From: a virus | Lineage: Duplodnaviria; Caudoviricetes | IMG/VR virus record: IMGVR_UViG_3300016472_000106 | Coordinates: 1-30,559 of that record | Reading direction: 5' to 3' (one strand) | DNA: 30,559 nt | Shown: one piece after another, positions 7,540 to 17,144 of the stretch | Layout: each line of letters starts with the position of its first letter | How positions within the stretch are numbered: position 1 is the first letter of the stretch | Position numbers and translations under genes: made by a program | Notes under the pieces: model-generated | The model's input: the letters and a program-made list of their open reading frames with translations, nothing else | Databases searched by the model: none | Told to the model about the DNA's origin: nothing

Positions 7540-9459
7540 TTACGTTAATTGATTCAAAACTTTGCTAACATACGATTGTGTTTCATCCGGCACTGAAGCG
7601 TACCGCAACATGTTCTCGTATGTTGGTTTTATCTTGCGTTTCTCAAGTCGATCTAAAGCACGACGAACAGAACCTGGTCCCCAGTTGTAAGCGGCCAGCG
7701 CTAACTTTCTGTCATTAAATTGATTAAGCAATCGTTTCAAATAACGGCTACCACCTTCGATGTTTTGCGTTGGGTCATCTATATCAACCCCTAACTCTTT
7801 TGCAGTGCCTGGCATTAACTGAGCAGGACCACGAGCGCCTTTATTGCTAACTGCATTGGCTTTTCCACCAGACTCAGTTTGTACAACAGCACGCATTAAA
7901 TCTTCTGGTGCGTATTTATCACCCACCGGTAAACTTACATCCTGTTTACCAATGCGAATCGTTGGCGTTGGAGTAGCAAATGGTTGGCTACGAATTTGAT
8001 TTAATTCGTTTTGAAGTAGATTTATTTGTTGATCAATATCGGGTTCCGCAGGTGCCTCAGCGGCCATATTTTGTGCTGGTGTTTCTGTTTCTGGAGCTGC
8101 CGCCATACCAGCACGGCCTAATGCGCCACCAGCATCAAGTCCACTAGCACCCAGTGCTTTTGCTAATGATGCAGTTCCCCGCAATCCACGGCCTACTATG
8201 TTTTGACCAGTAGGAGTTGATAACGCCCGTAAAGTTAAAGCACCTAAAAGTCCCCGCTTTAAGTTGCCAGTAGCAGCGCCAATAATTGCGCCACCAGCTA
8301 AACCAGCTCCACCAGTTGTGTTAAGCAACCGCTGCGCTGCGCCAATGTCAAAATCGCCACCAGAAACTTTAAAATTACGAGTTACAATAGGCTCAACTAC
8401 TACTAAATCTTGTTTCTTTTTATTTAAATCTTTGACTTCTGGAGCATACTTTTCAATATGCTCTTTCATGTCTCTATATAGAGTACGCCAAAATCCAGCA
8501 TCAGATAATGGAGAGTTTTTCCAACTTTCACCAACTATTTTTTTTTGCTGGTTCAGATACGTTAAACTGCCTTGCCCTTCACGAACTAATGAACTTTGCT
8601 TGTTTGCCAAATAAGCCAAATAAGAATCGACCTCTGCCGAATCGATGTTATTTTTAATATAATTGAGAGTATTCTCAAAAGTAGGTGGTGGTATTGGCCC
8701 AACCTGAGCCTGTGTTGATTTTAATACAGATTGAATAGCATCTTCTGTGCTTTCTTTGGCTGCTTGTAAATTAGCATACATATCACCAGGATCGCGGCTT
8801 GTTCCTAGCGTTTTGTTTTTGATAAGGTTGTCAACACTTTCTTTTAATTGCGTACTAAATTCACCGTCTACGGTTTCAATTACAGCATTTTTTGCGTTTT
8901 TGTAATCGGCTTTGCTAATACCTAACGCCCTTCGTTGTAATCCAAGGCCCGCTTCTTCTAGTTTAGGACCGACCGCTTTAGCGCTTTTTGTTAATACTGC
9001 TGGGCCAGCCAATGCGCCTACCAATCCAGCATATTGAGATTCAGGAGCTACAGCTTCAGCCCCCTTCATGCCAAGATAAGAAGCTAAACCTGTTCCGGCT
9101 TGGCTTATTAATTTAGCTTTAGACAAAGGAGATGGCGACACAAAGCTAAGTATTTCTTGCGGCATTGTATCTGGACGAACTCCAAGTTCAGCCGCTGCTT
9201 CTTCTTTTGCTTTTTGCAATTCTTTGGTTAATGCAAAATACCGAGTAGTTTCTGGATCGGCACCTAACGCTCTAGCTAAACCAGTAAATGGTAAAGACAA
9301 CACATCAATAGTTCCTGCTCCAGCAGTTGCCAATGCCGCAGGTATGTCAAAGACAGCTTGACCTCCACTGTATGCAGCAGGTTCTGTCGGCGTAGGCATA
9401 GCCCGCAAACTTTGCAATTCTGCTTGGATGGCAGCTATCTGTGCGTCAACCTCATCCAT
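7540..9459 (-). CDS. Internal virion/ejection protein with C-terminal lytic transglycosylase (SLT)
   Basis: QTESGG, AVSNKGARGPAQLMPGTA and LALAAYNWGPG are SLT motifs; Gly/Ala-rich hydrophobic segments. Confidence 0.85.
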   Translation of the reverse strand: MDEVDAQIAAIQAELQSLRAMPTPTEPAAYSGGQAVFDIPAALATAGAGTIDVLSLPFTGLARALGADPETTRYFALTKELQKAKEEAAAELGVRPDTMPQEILSFVSPSPLSKAKLISQAGTGLASYLGMKGAEAVAPESQYAGLVGALAGPAVLTKSAKAVGPKLEEAGLGLQRRALGISKADYKNAKNAVIETVDGEFSTQLKESVDNLIKNKTLGTSRDPGDMYANLQAAKESTEDAIQSVLKSTQAQVGPIPPPTFENTLNYIKNNIDSAEVDSYLAYLANKQSSLVREGQGSLTYLNQQKKIVGESWKNSPLSDAGFWRTLYRDMKEHIEKYAPEVKDLNKKKQDLVVVEPIVTRNFKVSGGDFDIGAAQRLLNTTGGAGLAGGAIIGAATGNLKRGLLGALTLRALSTPTGQNIVGRGLRGTASLAKALGASGLDAGGALGRAGMAAAPETETPAQNMAAEAPAEPDIDQQINLLQNELNQIRSQPFATPTPTIRIGKQDVSLPVGDKYAPEDLMRAVVQTESGGKANAVSNKGARGPAQLMPGTAKELGVDIDDPTQNIEGGSRYLKRLLNQFNDRKLALAAYNWGPGSVRRALDRLEKRKIKPTYENMLRYASVPDETQSYVSKVLNQLT

Positions 9460-10517
9460 TATTGTATGCCTCGTTTTGCTTTTTCGGCAGCCAACTCAGC
9501 TTGCAACTTTTTCAAAATTTCCAGTTTAGGATCAACTGCTGCTCCCACGGTTTGTTCTTGTTTTTGCAACGTGCGTCCAACTTTTAATTTTTCAGCAAGG
9601 CGGTTTGCAATAGAATCAGTTCCAGAAATAAAACCAACTACTGGGAGTTGTGGCCCTAAAACAGCACTTTCTTGTTGGGCTAAATCTAAATCACTTAATT
9701 GTGATGTTTGACCAGAAACACGAGCTAGGGCTGCTAATGAACCTTTTAATTTACTGTACGCAAGTTCTGCCGGAGAATTTGGCACATTCTTTGCAATTTG
9801 AAATTCTGGACCAGTCATTTTTAAATTGCGAAATGTTTGTTCCAAATCTTCAACGGTACTAAATGCCGCTCGTTGAGCTTTAGCACTTTCTGTTCCTGCT
9901 TGCGCTCTTTGACGTTTAATATCTTCGACATACACTTCACGACTTTGTTCTGGAGTTAATCCAGGAATTAGTGGCACCTCGCCAAATTGAGATGGTTGAA
10001 ACAAACTTGCAAATTCACTTGGAATTCGTCCAGCTTGAACTCCAGAAAGCAATACCGATTGTTTTAGTTTATTTTTAGCTACTTCTTGACCTAGTGGACT
10101 AAGTTCAAAAGTTGCTGCTGTTTCAAGTTCAGCTAACTTTTCCGCTAGTTTCGCTTGACGTTGCATCTTTTGTGCTGTTAACGCTGTTGCAAGAGTACTT
10201 AAGCCACCCTGAAACTCAGTTGGAGCTTCGGCAATAAAGCTGGTGCGCTGTTCTGGTGTTTCTAACTGAATTAAAGCGTTGGCTAATTGAGATGCTTGCA
10301 GATTGCGTTCAGCGGCTTCTTGACGAGCTTGATAGCCAAGCAAACCTTGTACCAAGGCACCGCCCAAAGCAATACCGATGTTAGTGCCACGGTCGCCGTA
10401 CACAGGGTCAATAAGCTCTGGCAAAGACTTACCCAAAGCTTGTTGACCAATGCCCCAATAGGTTTCACTGGGGGATTGCTGCATACCCTGTAATGCGCTC
10501 AATATCTCGTCGGCCAT
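9459..10517 (-). CDS. Putative internal virion/ejection protein
   Basis: Helical, A/Q/L-rich, with glycine zipper GIALGGALVQGLLG; between the nozzle and the SLT protein. Confidence 0.6.
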   Translation of the reverse strand: MADEILSALQGMQQSPSETYWGIGQQALGKSLPELIDPVYGDRGTNIGIALGGALVQGLLGYQARQEAAERNLQASQLANALIQLETPEQRTSFIAEAPTEFQGGLSTLATALTAQKMQRQAKLAEKLAELETAATFELSPLGQEVAKNKLKQSVLLSGVQAGRIPSEFASLFQPSQFGEVPLIPGLTPEQSREVYVEDIKRQRAQAGTESAKAQRAAFSTVEDLEQTFRNLKMTGPEFQIAKNVPNSPAELAYSKLKGSLAALARVSGQTSQLSDLDLAQQESAVLGPQLPVVGFISGTDSIANRLAEKLKVGRTLQKQEQTVGAAVDPKLEILKKLQAELAAEKAKRGIQ

Positions 10518-10520
10518 TGT

Positions 10521-11255
10521 TTATCCTTGTGTTAATCGCTGTCCTGTTCCCATAGCAGCACCCTGCAAAAATGCTCGCCCAGCTTCTGAATAAGGATCAG
10601 GTCGTGGCTGTTCACCACCTTGTGGGTAACGACTTAAAAACTCTTGTTCCATATACCGGTCAAACATGCCTGGTTGTGGGGCTCCTCCGCCACCACCTCC
10701 GCCGCCTCGTGGTTGATTTTTTATCTCCCACTTACGCTGCTGGTTTTGCATGTACTGCAAATAAGGGTCTTGGTATTGCTGCCAGATTTGACCTGGTGCC
10801 AGCGCTCCCTTTAATGCTTGATCGTACATAGTTTCCTGTACGCCGTAAGCTGCTTTCTCGGCAGCTGACATTGCTTCTTGACGAGCTAAATCTTGGCGTT
10901 GAGTGTTGGCTCTGCGTAGGTAATCAGCAGCCTCACTTGTTGGATCTAAACCACGCTCTACAATCTGGCGCTCAACATCCTGGGTTTGACGACCAAACTC
11001 TTCTTGGTTGCGTCGGTTAAACTCAGCCATTACGTTTTCTCTAGCACGTCCAACCTCAGCCCCGTATACAGGTTCGTACTGAGCTTGAAAGGTTCTAGGG
11101 TCAAACTGCTGTGACTGCTGTGCAAACTGGTTGTACATCTGCTGGGCATTTTTAACCATGCCACGAGCGCCACGAGCTTCTCGTCTTGCAGCTCGTTTTT
11201 CGGCTCGGCGTTCAGCTCGCTTAGGGTCTTTTCTCATTGCGGTTTTTCTAGCCAT
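10521..11255 (-). CDS. Putative internal virion (pilot-like) protein
   Basis: Arg-rich N-terminus, Q-rich body and a G8 tract; position after the nozzle gene. Confidence 0.55.
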   Translation of the reverse strand: MARKTAMRKDPKRAERRAEKRAARREARGARGMVKNAQQMYNQFAQQSQQFDPRTFQAQYEPVYGAEVGRARENVMAEFNRRNQEEFGRQTQDVERQIVERGLDPTSEAADYLRRANTQRQDLARQEAMSAAEKAAYGVQETMYDQALKGALAPGQIWQQYQDPYLQYMQNQQRKWEIKNQPRGGGGGGGGAPQPGMFDRYMEQEFLSRYPQGGEQPRPDPYSEAGRAFLQGAAMGTGQRLTQG

Positions 11256-11257
11256 AT

Positions 11258-12817
11258 TTATACCTGTCCACCTAAATCAAATCGTATTTCAAATCCCAAA
11301 ATCTTTAATGTCGAATTAAGCAAACTTCCGTTGCACCGAACAGCAGCACAATGCCCCTGACCCTTAGTAGCAAATCTATCAAAAATGTACTCGGTAGACG
11401 ACGACCAACTTGAGCCCCATGGCACATAGCCAGAACCGCCTGTAGTCGACCCAGGAGCGCTCCAGGGCGTGAAAATACCGGAACTTGTAGTTAGGGTAGG
11501 GATGGTAGCTTGACGCTTAAAATCGGTGTCTAGGCCCAACGCAAGGGTTAAGCCACGTCTACCCTCAAACAACGGTCGAATGTCTTTAAAGGCTTTATAG
11601 TTGCCACGACTATTGTAGTAACTAAAAGCACCCCTATATTGGAACTGAATAGATTCACCAACTCCAGATACACAGGCGTCACATTGGCCAGATTCACCCT
11701 TCCACACAGCACCATCATCACTGCCGTAATATGGTAACTCGTTAAATAAACAGCTGCTTAACGCATGAGCATCGTTATGCAAACGAAATATAGTCCAACC
11801 TTTAGTGTCAATGGAGTATACCAAAAAGTACCCACCCGCTCCGCTGCTTGGTATGCTGATATACACGCGGCGACCCTGTGGCCAAAAAAAGCCAGCCCAT
11901 TGATGGTCAAAGCTAACAGTATTAGCGGCGGTAGAAATGATTGGATTAATGTTTCTAGACAATGCCAGTAATGCCGCTTCTGGGTCACTGGTAAACAAAG
12001 CTGAAACAGGGATGATTCCCTGTTTTGTTATAATCCAAACATCATTGTTAACCCGAACAAATGCTCGGTAGCCAAGCGGCTTTCCAATGTAATACTTAGC
12101 TACTATTCCCCACGTCGTAGGATCGCCAGCATACGTGCCAGTATAGAAAACAATTTCACCTTCAGACGAGCAAGCATAGAAATAGTCTTGAACGGTAACA
12201 CTAGCGCTATTGCTAAAACTACCGATACCAACCAAATAACCGCCACGGCTAAAAACGTAACCGAAATCAAAAGAGGTGAGAGCAGGGGCTCCGCCAGTTC
12301 CGGTAACTTGAAGGCCGCCATACCAAACCTTAGTTGTATTTGCTTCTACAAAATAAAGCCGTTCTTTATAAACGCAAACATTGATAAGGTCAGCAATGTT
12401 TACGCCAGTAAAAGTTACATCGGTTGTTGTAGTGCCATTGTAAACTTGAGTATTGTCGGCACCGTTACAAAAATATATGCGACCAGCAAACTGAGTGGTT
12501 TGCCATTCTCCACTTGTCGGCGTAGTAGTGCCTGTTATGTCAGTTTCAACACCAGCCGTGTTGATGCTGTATATTTTTGTTTCGGTACACGCAATCAATT
12601 CTAATGTGCCATCAGCTTGATTGTATGGTACTAAAGTTTCAATAGGATCGGTTATGTCAGCGTTAAACTGCTCATAACCAAGACGAACAGTTGGAGCATT
12701 AGCCCCTGGGAATATGTTTACCAGCTCCAACGCAAAAGTTGGTTCCATTTGGTCGATGGGGCTTACCACGTCCAAGCCGCCATAAGGAGGCGGCATTGTG
12801 AAACCTTCTAATGCCAT
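11258..12817 (-). CDS. Tail nozzle / packaged-DNA stabilisation protein (P22 gp10-like beta-propeller)
   Basis: PPPYGGLD N-terminus, beta-rich repeats (YKERLYF, GEIVFYTG..P, IGKPLG.R), 519 aa. Confidence 0.75.
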   Translation of the reverse strand: MALEGFTMPPPYGGLDVVSPIDQMEPTFALELVNIFPGANAPTVRLGYEQFNADITDPIETLVPYNQADGTLELIACTETKIYSINTAGVETDITGTTTPTSGEWQTTQFAGRIYFCNGADNTQVYNGTTTTDVTFTGVNIADLINVCVYKERLYFVEANTTKVWYGGLQVTGTGGAPALTSFDFGYVFSRGGYLVGIGSFSNSASVTVQDYFYACSSEGEIVFYTGTYAGDPTTWGIVAKYYIGKPLGYRAFVRVNNDVWIITKQGIIPVSALFTSDPEAALLALSRNINPIISTAANTVSFDHQWAGFFWPQGRRVYISIPSSGAGGYFLVYSIDTKGWTIFRLHNDAHALSSCLFNELPYYGSDDGAVWKGESGQCDACVSGVGESIQFQYRGAFSYYNSRGNYKAFKDIRPLFEGRRGLTLALGLDTDFKRQATIPTLTTSSGIFTPWSAPGSTTGGSGYVPWGSSWSSSTEYIFDRFATKGQGHCAAVRCNGSLLNSTLKILGFEIRFDLGGQV

Positions 12818-12820
12818 ACA

Positions 12821-13594
12821 TTAAAACATCTTACGAATTCGTCGACCAACTGATTCGGCTCTGCGTCTTGGATCATAAGCAGTCCGTGGATCTAATGCGG
12901 TTTTAGTCATATCCCACGTTCCTTCTGCTTGTCGTCCAAAATAGTTGCCAACGCCTTGATTTGGCCTACCTTGCTCAACGTCAGCTGGTTTTCCATATAG
13001 TTCGTAAGCCTCTTGCATTGCTTGTTGTTGCTTGTTGTAAACACGCTCTGCTTGCTCACGGGTGCCATATACACCAGGACTTAATCTGTAACGGCCACCT
13101 TGATTAGCTGACGGTTGAAACTGGTTTTCAAATGACATTATTGGACGCTGACCTTGCCAACCGGTATCATTGTTTGCACCCATTGTTCTTCCTAAACCAT
13201 CTTGAATGTCACTAGGTGGCATGTTTACCCGATCAAGGAATTTATCGCCGGCATCCTCTGCCACTGAACCCCAAAATCGATCGATGGCGCGCCTCCCGTA
13301 TCGACCTGGATCAACATTTGCGCCACCTCTAAATCCTTCAGAAGCCGGACGTCTATCTACAAAATCATAATCGCCTTCTCTTTGTGGTCGAGGAATAGGA
13401 TAAGGAACAAACTGGCCTAACTGTTGACCAATCATGTCAGCTCTATCACGCCCATCACCACGACGTGCCATTGGTCGGCCACGTTGATTCGTAAGCTGAC
13501 CGCCTTGATTGCGGTAAACACCAGGACTTACACGCACCAATCCGGCTCGTGGGTCTTGTCGCATTGCTCCTCGTAGTTGATCGCCTCGTGCCAT
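12821..13594 (-). CDS. Low-complexity R/G/Q-rich protein with two R(V/L)SPGVY motifs, probably virion-internal
   Basis: Translation; tightly packed in the late operon. Confidence 0.6.
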   Translation of the reverse strand: MARGDQLRGAMRQDPRAGLVRVSPGVYRNQGGQLTNQRGRPMARRGDGRDRADMIGQQLGQFVPYPIPRPQREGDYDFVDRRPASEGFRGGANVDPGRYGRRAIDRFWGSVAEDAGDKFLDRVNMPPSDIQDGLGRTMGANNDTGWQGQRPIMSFENQFQPSANQGGRYRLSPGVYGTREQAERVYNKQQQAMQEAYELYGKPADVEQGRPNQGVGNYFGRQAEGTWDMTKTALDPRTAYDPRRRAESVGRRIRKMF

Positions 13595-13595
13595 A

Positions 13596-15206
13596 CTATT
13601 TTTCCTTTTTCATGTTTTTCTCTAGTGAACGCCGCATTGCACTTTCTCGCCCCACACGTCCAGATGAATCCATGTACATGCCAGGTGAAACTCGTGCTAA
13701 CTCACCTTTTTTCGGTCGAGCCACTTTTTCTTGAGTTGGCGTAGTAACATTTGGTCCAGCTTGACCAGTAAGTTGTGCTGCGCCAGTCAAATACTTATCG
13801 TACATTTGTTGGTTAATACGATTATCAGCCATCGCTTCGTCTAGTTTAGTTTTAACCATGTCGTATGTAATTCCTTGTTGTTTTGCAAAATGTTGCATGT
13901 TTTGCAAAGCAATAGTCGGATCATCTCCAGCATTACTTACAGCACCTTTCGCATACCAAGCTGCAATGTCAGAAGCCTTTTGACCAACGAAACCGTATGA
14001 CGCAGCTAGCGCATCAGCAGCAGGTACAGCAGCGTTCCAAGCATTAGGAGTTTCGGCTGCAATTTTATCGATGTTGCTCCATTTTAAGGTTGAACCATCT
14101 TTGCCAAAATCATATTTAGAACCGTCAGCTAAAGTGCCTTGAAATTTGTCGTCAAGAATTTGACCTTCTTGCAAAACGCCACGGATGTTATCTCGCATCA
14201 TTTGCGCTTTATTTTTAGAACTGCCAGTCCAAGAACCAACGGCACCCGCCAAACCGCCAACTGCAGCCCCGATTGCAGCGCCAATTCCAGTTCCAACTAC
14301 TGGAACAAAAGATCCAATACTACCACCTATAAGAGCGCCTGACGTTGCTCCTCCAACCACGCCAGTTTGAGTTCGCTTGGAACCTGCCGCCATATCGCTC
14401 ATGGCTTCAGCGGTTTTATATCCTTGATATGCTCCTGCAACTGCTCCCAAATATGGAGCCGCGCCCGCTAATGTTTGCTGTCCAGCAAATTGAACTCCAG
14501 CATTTCCTAATGCGCTAGCACCTAAACTTGCAGCGGTTGCACCAGAAATACCGGCACCAACCATGTCGTCAGATTTATATGATTTATATGCTTGGTATGC
14601 GGCTAAAAGCGATAACGCTCCAGTTCCTACTGCATCCCAGTTAACAGACTGCATAAATCCAGCATCGTTTGCTGCTTCGGCTGGTAATGTTTGTGGTCCA
14701 GCAGGTGTTTCTACTGTGACCATAGTACCGCCCTGTGCAGAAGTTCCTACGCCCTCCATGCCTTGTGGCACTGGTTGACCAGCAGCTACAGTTCCGTTTT
14801 GAGGAACGCTCATGACTTGGTCTAATGCAGGTGTTGGTGCGTAACCTGCTCCACCAGCTTTGGCAGCTTGTACCGCACCGGATTGACCAGCTTGGTTTGC
14901 AGCATTTTGAACAACTTGCTCGGTCGTTTTAGCGCCGGTTGCACTATCAATCCAACCATCAATTTTATTATAAATAAATCGACCAGCAATCAGCCCAGCA
15001 ACAGCCCCACCAGTTTGAGCAAGGCCACTTGTTTGACTTGCTTTAGCTTCTTCTCGCTTTCGTTGCTCAGGAGTTTTGCCGCCGCCAAAACGTTGATCCA
15101 CCATTTGCATAGCTTGGCCTTGCGGAACCTTATTCTGCATAAGCCAATAGTAATAAGCTCTAGGATCACGCTGTGTAATTGCTGGTTCTTGTCCGTTCAT
15201 ATCCAC
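13596..15206 (-). CDS. Gly/Ala-rich putative membrane-penetrating ejection protein
   Basis: Long glycine zipper GALIGGSIGSFVPVVGTGIGAAIGAAVGGLAGAVG; C-terminal RVSPGMY motif. Confidence 0.6.
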   Translation of the reverse strand: MDMNGQEPAITQRDPRAYYYWLMQNKVPQGQAMQMVDQRFGGGKTPEQRKREEAKASQTSGLAQTGGAVAGLIAGRFIYNKIDGWIDSATGAKTTEQVVQNAANQAGQSGAVQAAKAGGAGYAPTPALDQVMSVPQNGTVAAGQPVPQGMEGVGTSAQGGTMVTVETPAGPQTLPAEAANDAGFMQSVNWDAVGTGALSLLAAYQAYKSYKSDDMVGAGISGATAASLGASALGNAGVQFAGQQTLAGAAPYLGAVAGAYQGYKTAEAMSDMAAGSKRTQTGVVGGATSGALIGGSIGSFVPVVGTGIGAAIGAAVGGLAGAVGSWTGSSKNKAQMMRDNIRGVLQEGQILDDKFQGTLADGSKYDFGKDGSTLKWSNIDKIAAETPNAWNAAVPAADALAASYGFVGQKASDIAAWYAKGAVSNAGDDPTIALQNMQHFAKQQGITYDMVKTKLDEAMADNRINQQMYDKYLTGAAQLTGQAGPNVTTPTQEKVARPKKGELARVSPGMYMDSSGRVGRESAMRRSLEKNMKKEK

Positions 15207-16060
15207 GTTCCAAATACGGCTACGCCACTTCTTGCAAACATCTCGCCACGATTCATCATTCCGGCATAAACAATTTTACTTGGATTATCCCGACTGAATT
15301 CCTCGTGTAACTGTTGGTCAAACTTAGGCACAATTGTGCTTAGCCCATGCATTTGAGCAAACAGTTCTTTTACGCCTTGCTCCACCAAACTTTCATTAAA
15401 CAAACTTACGTCTGTATTGGCCAAGAATCGCTGATATGGGCCGTTGTAATAGTCCCATGTCACACCACCATCCGACACCGAACCGCTCGTATGCGTTGGC
15501 GCTGTGGCTCCTGTAGTGCCACCTGCGGTTGTAAGATAGTAATTGCCGTTGTTGAAGGTATAGGTGTTAGCAGCGTACACCTGTCCTTGCTCCCACTGTT
15601 GCGGTCGCACAGAACGATCAGCAATATACTCAAATATAAGAATGTTGCCGTTGTTGGTTGCGCTCGGTGTAGGGTAAATCAACAATTGATTATTGCTTAC
15701 ACCACGAATTTGAAAGCGTTGATATACAGTAGTGGTAAGGCCAAATCCAATAGCCTCAGCATATTCTTGCTCGGTCATTGGCCCTATTACGCGCCACCGA
15801 GTGCTGCTATTCCAAAAGGTACTATACTGATACCAAGAGAAGGCGGCAGGGAGTGCATAAGTTCCCTGGCCGCCAACTAAGGTAATACTTCCCGACGCAT
15901 AACATTTAGGCCACGGATATGCCTCAAAGATGTCTTTGTTTATGCGCTGCGTCATAGCCAGCAATTGTTTCGTTGTAACTTCAGTTGAACCAATTACATT
16001 AGATTCAACAGTGTATCCGCACTCCTGAGCTACATTAGAAACAATTGTTGCTAAACTCAT
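15197..16060 (-). CDS. Head-tail adaptor (tail tubular A / P22 gp4-like) with inserted small beta module
   Basis: LVGGQGTYALP, LLIYPTPS and FEY adaptor-type motifs; insert W....Y......NNGNYY....GTTGATAPTH...DGGVTW.Y. Confidence 0.7.
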   Translation of the reverse strand: MSLATIVSNVAQECGYTVESNVIGSTEVTTKQLLAMTQRINKDIFEAYPWPKCYASGSITLVGGQGTYALPAAFSWYQYSTFWNSSTRWRVIGPMTEQEYAEAIGFGLTTTVYQRFQIRGVSNNQLLIYPTPSATNNGNILIFEYIADRSVRPQQWEQGQVYAANTYTFNNGNYYLTTAGGTTGATAPTHTSGSVSDGGVTWDYYNGPYQRFLANTDVSLFNESLVEQGVKELFAQMHGLSTIVPKFDQQLHEEFSRDNPSKIVYAGMMNRGEMFARSGVAVFGTWI

Positions 16061-16746
16061 GCTTTTCTTGGTCTACCTCGTTTAGCAGGTTTAAGGTCAA
16101 GGTCGTCCGACAAATCCTCTTCGACAGTTGCTATTGGAGCAAGCTGAGATGGGATCACCTCCTTTCTATAAGAACGCAAGTCAGTTCCCTCATTGGCTTC
16201 GATTCGTTGTAACAACAACTCAACTTTCTCTTCCAATGATTGACGCAACTTGGTTTCTTGCTCCAGTTGCTGACGCAATTTGGACACGTCATTCTGTGAC
16301 GAATTGGCAGCATCAAGCCAATCCTGAGCCAGCTTAACGAACTTGCTCAACGGTCCAATTTTACGCCGAATTTCATCATTTGCGGCTGCAAGCTGTTCCA
16401 CAGTCCTAAAACCAAGGTATTGCAGTTCCCGCATTGCTGAAGCTGTCATTGGCGGCCACTCCTGAAGTGGGGTGCCGCTTTCCACAGGCTGATTACCCGC
16501 AGTAAATGCTGCGTACAACTCTGGGTAATCTTGCATATCCTGTGGTTCGATCTTTCTAACGGTTTCATCCCCACCTGGCCATTGAATGGAAATGGAAGGA
16601 ATTTCGTCAAATATAGGACGGCCAGCTTGAAGTGATTTCATACGGTTCTCATTAACCGCATTAAAAAACTTTATGTTAGCGCCCTGATAGCGTTTTCTTG
16701 GTTGGGATTGTCCATTCATAATGGACTGCCAATCTATTTGTGCCAT
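16057..16746 (-). CDS. Conserved phage protein (head-tail region)
   Basis: GRPIFDE, GTPLQEWP and GFRTVEQLA motifs, a coiled coil and a C-terminal KRGRPRK; AAGGAG SD. Confidence 0.7.
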   Translation of the reverse strand: MAQIDWQSIMNGQSQPRKRYQGANIKFFNAVNENRMKSLQAGRPIFDEIPSISIQWPGGDETVRKIEPQDMQDYPELYAAFTAGNQPVESGTPLQEWPPMTASAMRELQYLGFRTVEQLAAANDEIRRKIGPLSKFVKLAQDWLDAANSSQNDVSKLRQQLEQETKLRQSLEEKVELLLQRIEANEGTDLRSYRKEVIPSQLAPIATVEEDLSDDLDLKPAKRGRPRKA

Positions 16747-16793
16747 GTATAATCTCCTTATAATAAGGGTTAACCTTATTAAAAGTTATAGCA

Positions 16794-17102
16794 CTACCCC
16801 TCTATAACCAACAATTCCTCTAAAGGACCGCCGCTTGTTTGATATGCAGTTATTGCCCCAGTTGGTACAAATTCAAAATAATTTGCATATTGAGCACCAG
16901 TTCCGAATGGCAATACTGGGTTTGCAGTGCTTGGTGTTACGCTAGTTATTGTTGCGCCATCCAAACTTATTGCAAACGTATTTGAACCAATGTTTGTTAT
17001 ACTAAGATAACGACGGTAAGGATTTGCAGCTAGAATTGTAGTGCTTGTTGAGCTAGGCACATTTGGAATAGTTGTTACAACTGCGCCACCAAAACTTGTC
17101 AT
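16794..17102 (-). CDS. Small beta-rich structural protein
   Basis: ILAANPYRRYLSITN motif; T/S/G-rich; GAGG SD. Confidence 0.6.
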   Translation of the reverse strand: MTSFGGAVVTTIPNVPSSTSTTILAANPYRRYLSITNIGSNTFAISLDGATITSVTPSTANPVLPFGTGAQYANYFEFVPTGAITAYQTSGGPLEELLVIEG

Positions 17103-17112
17103 AAAGCCTCGT

Positions 17113-17138
17113 AAAAAAGGGTGCTGTACAAGCCACCC
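17113..17138 (-). terminator. Rho-independent terminator
   Basis: Minus strand: GGGTG/CACCC-closed imperfect stem followed by T6, just after the stop of the 17145 gene. Confidence 0.65.
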
Positions 17139-17144
17139 TGTAAG

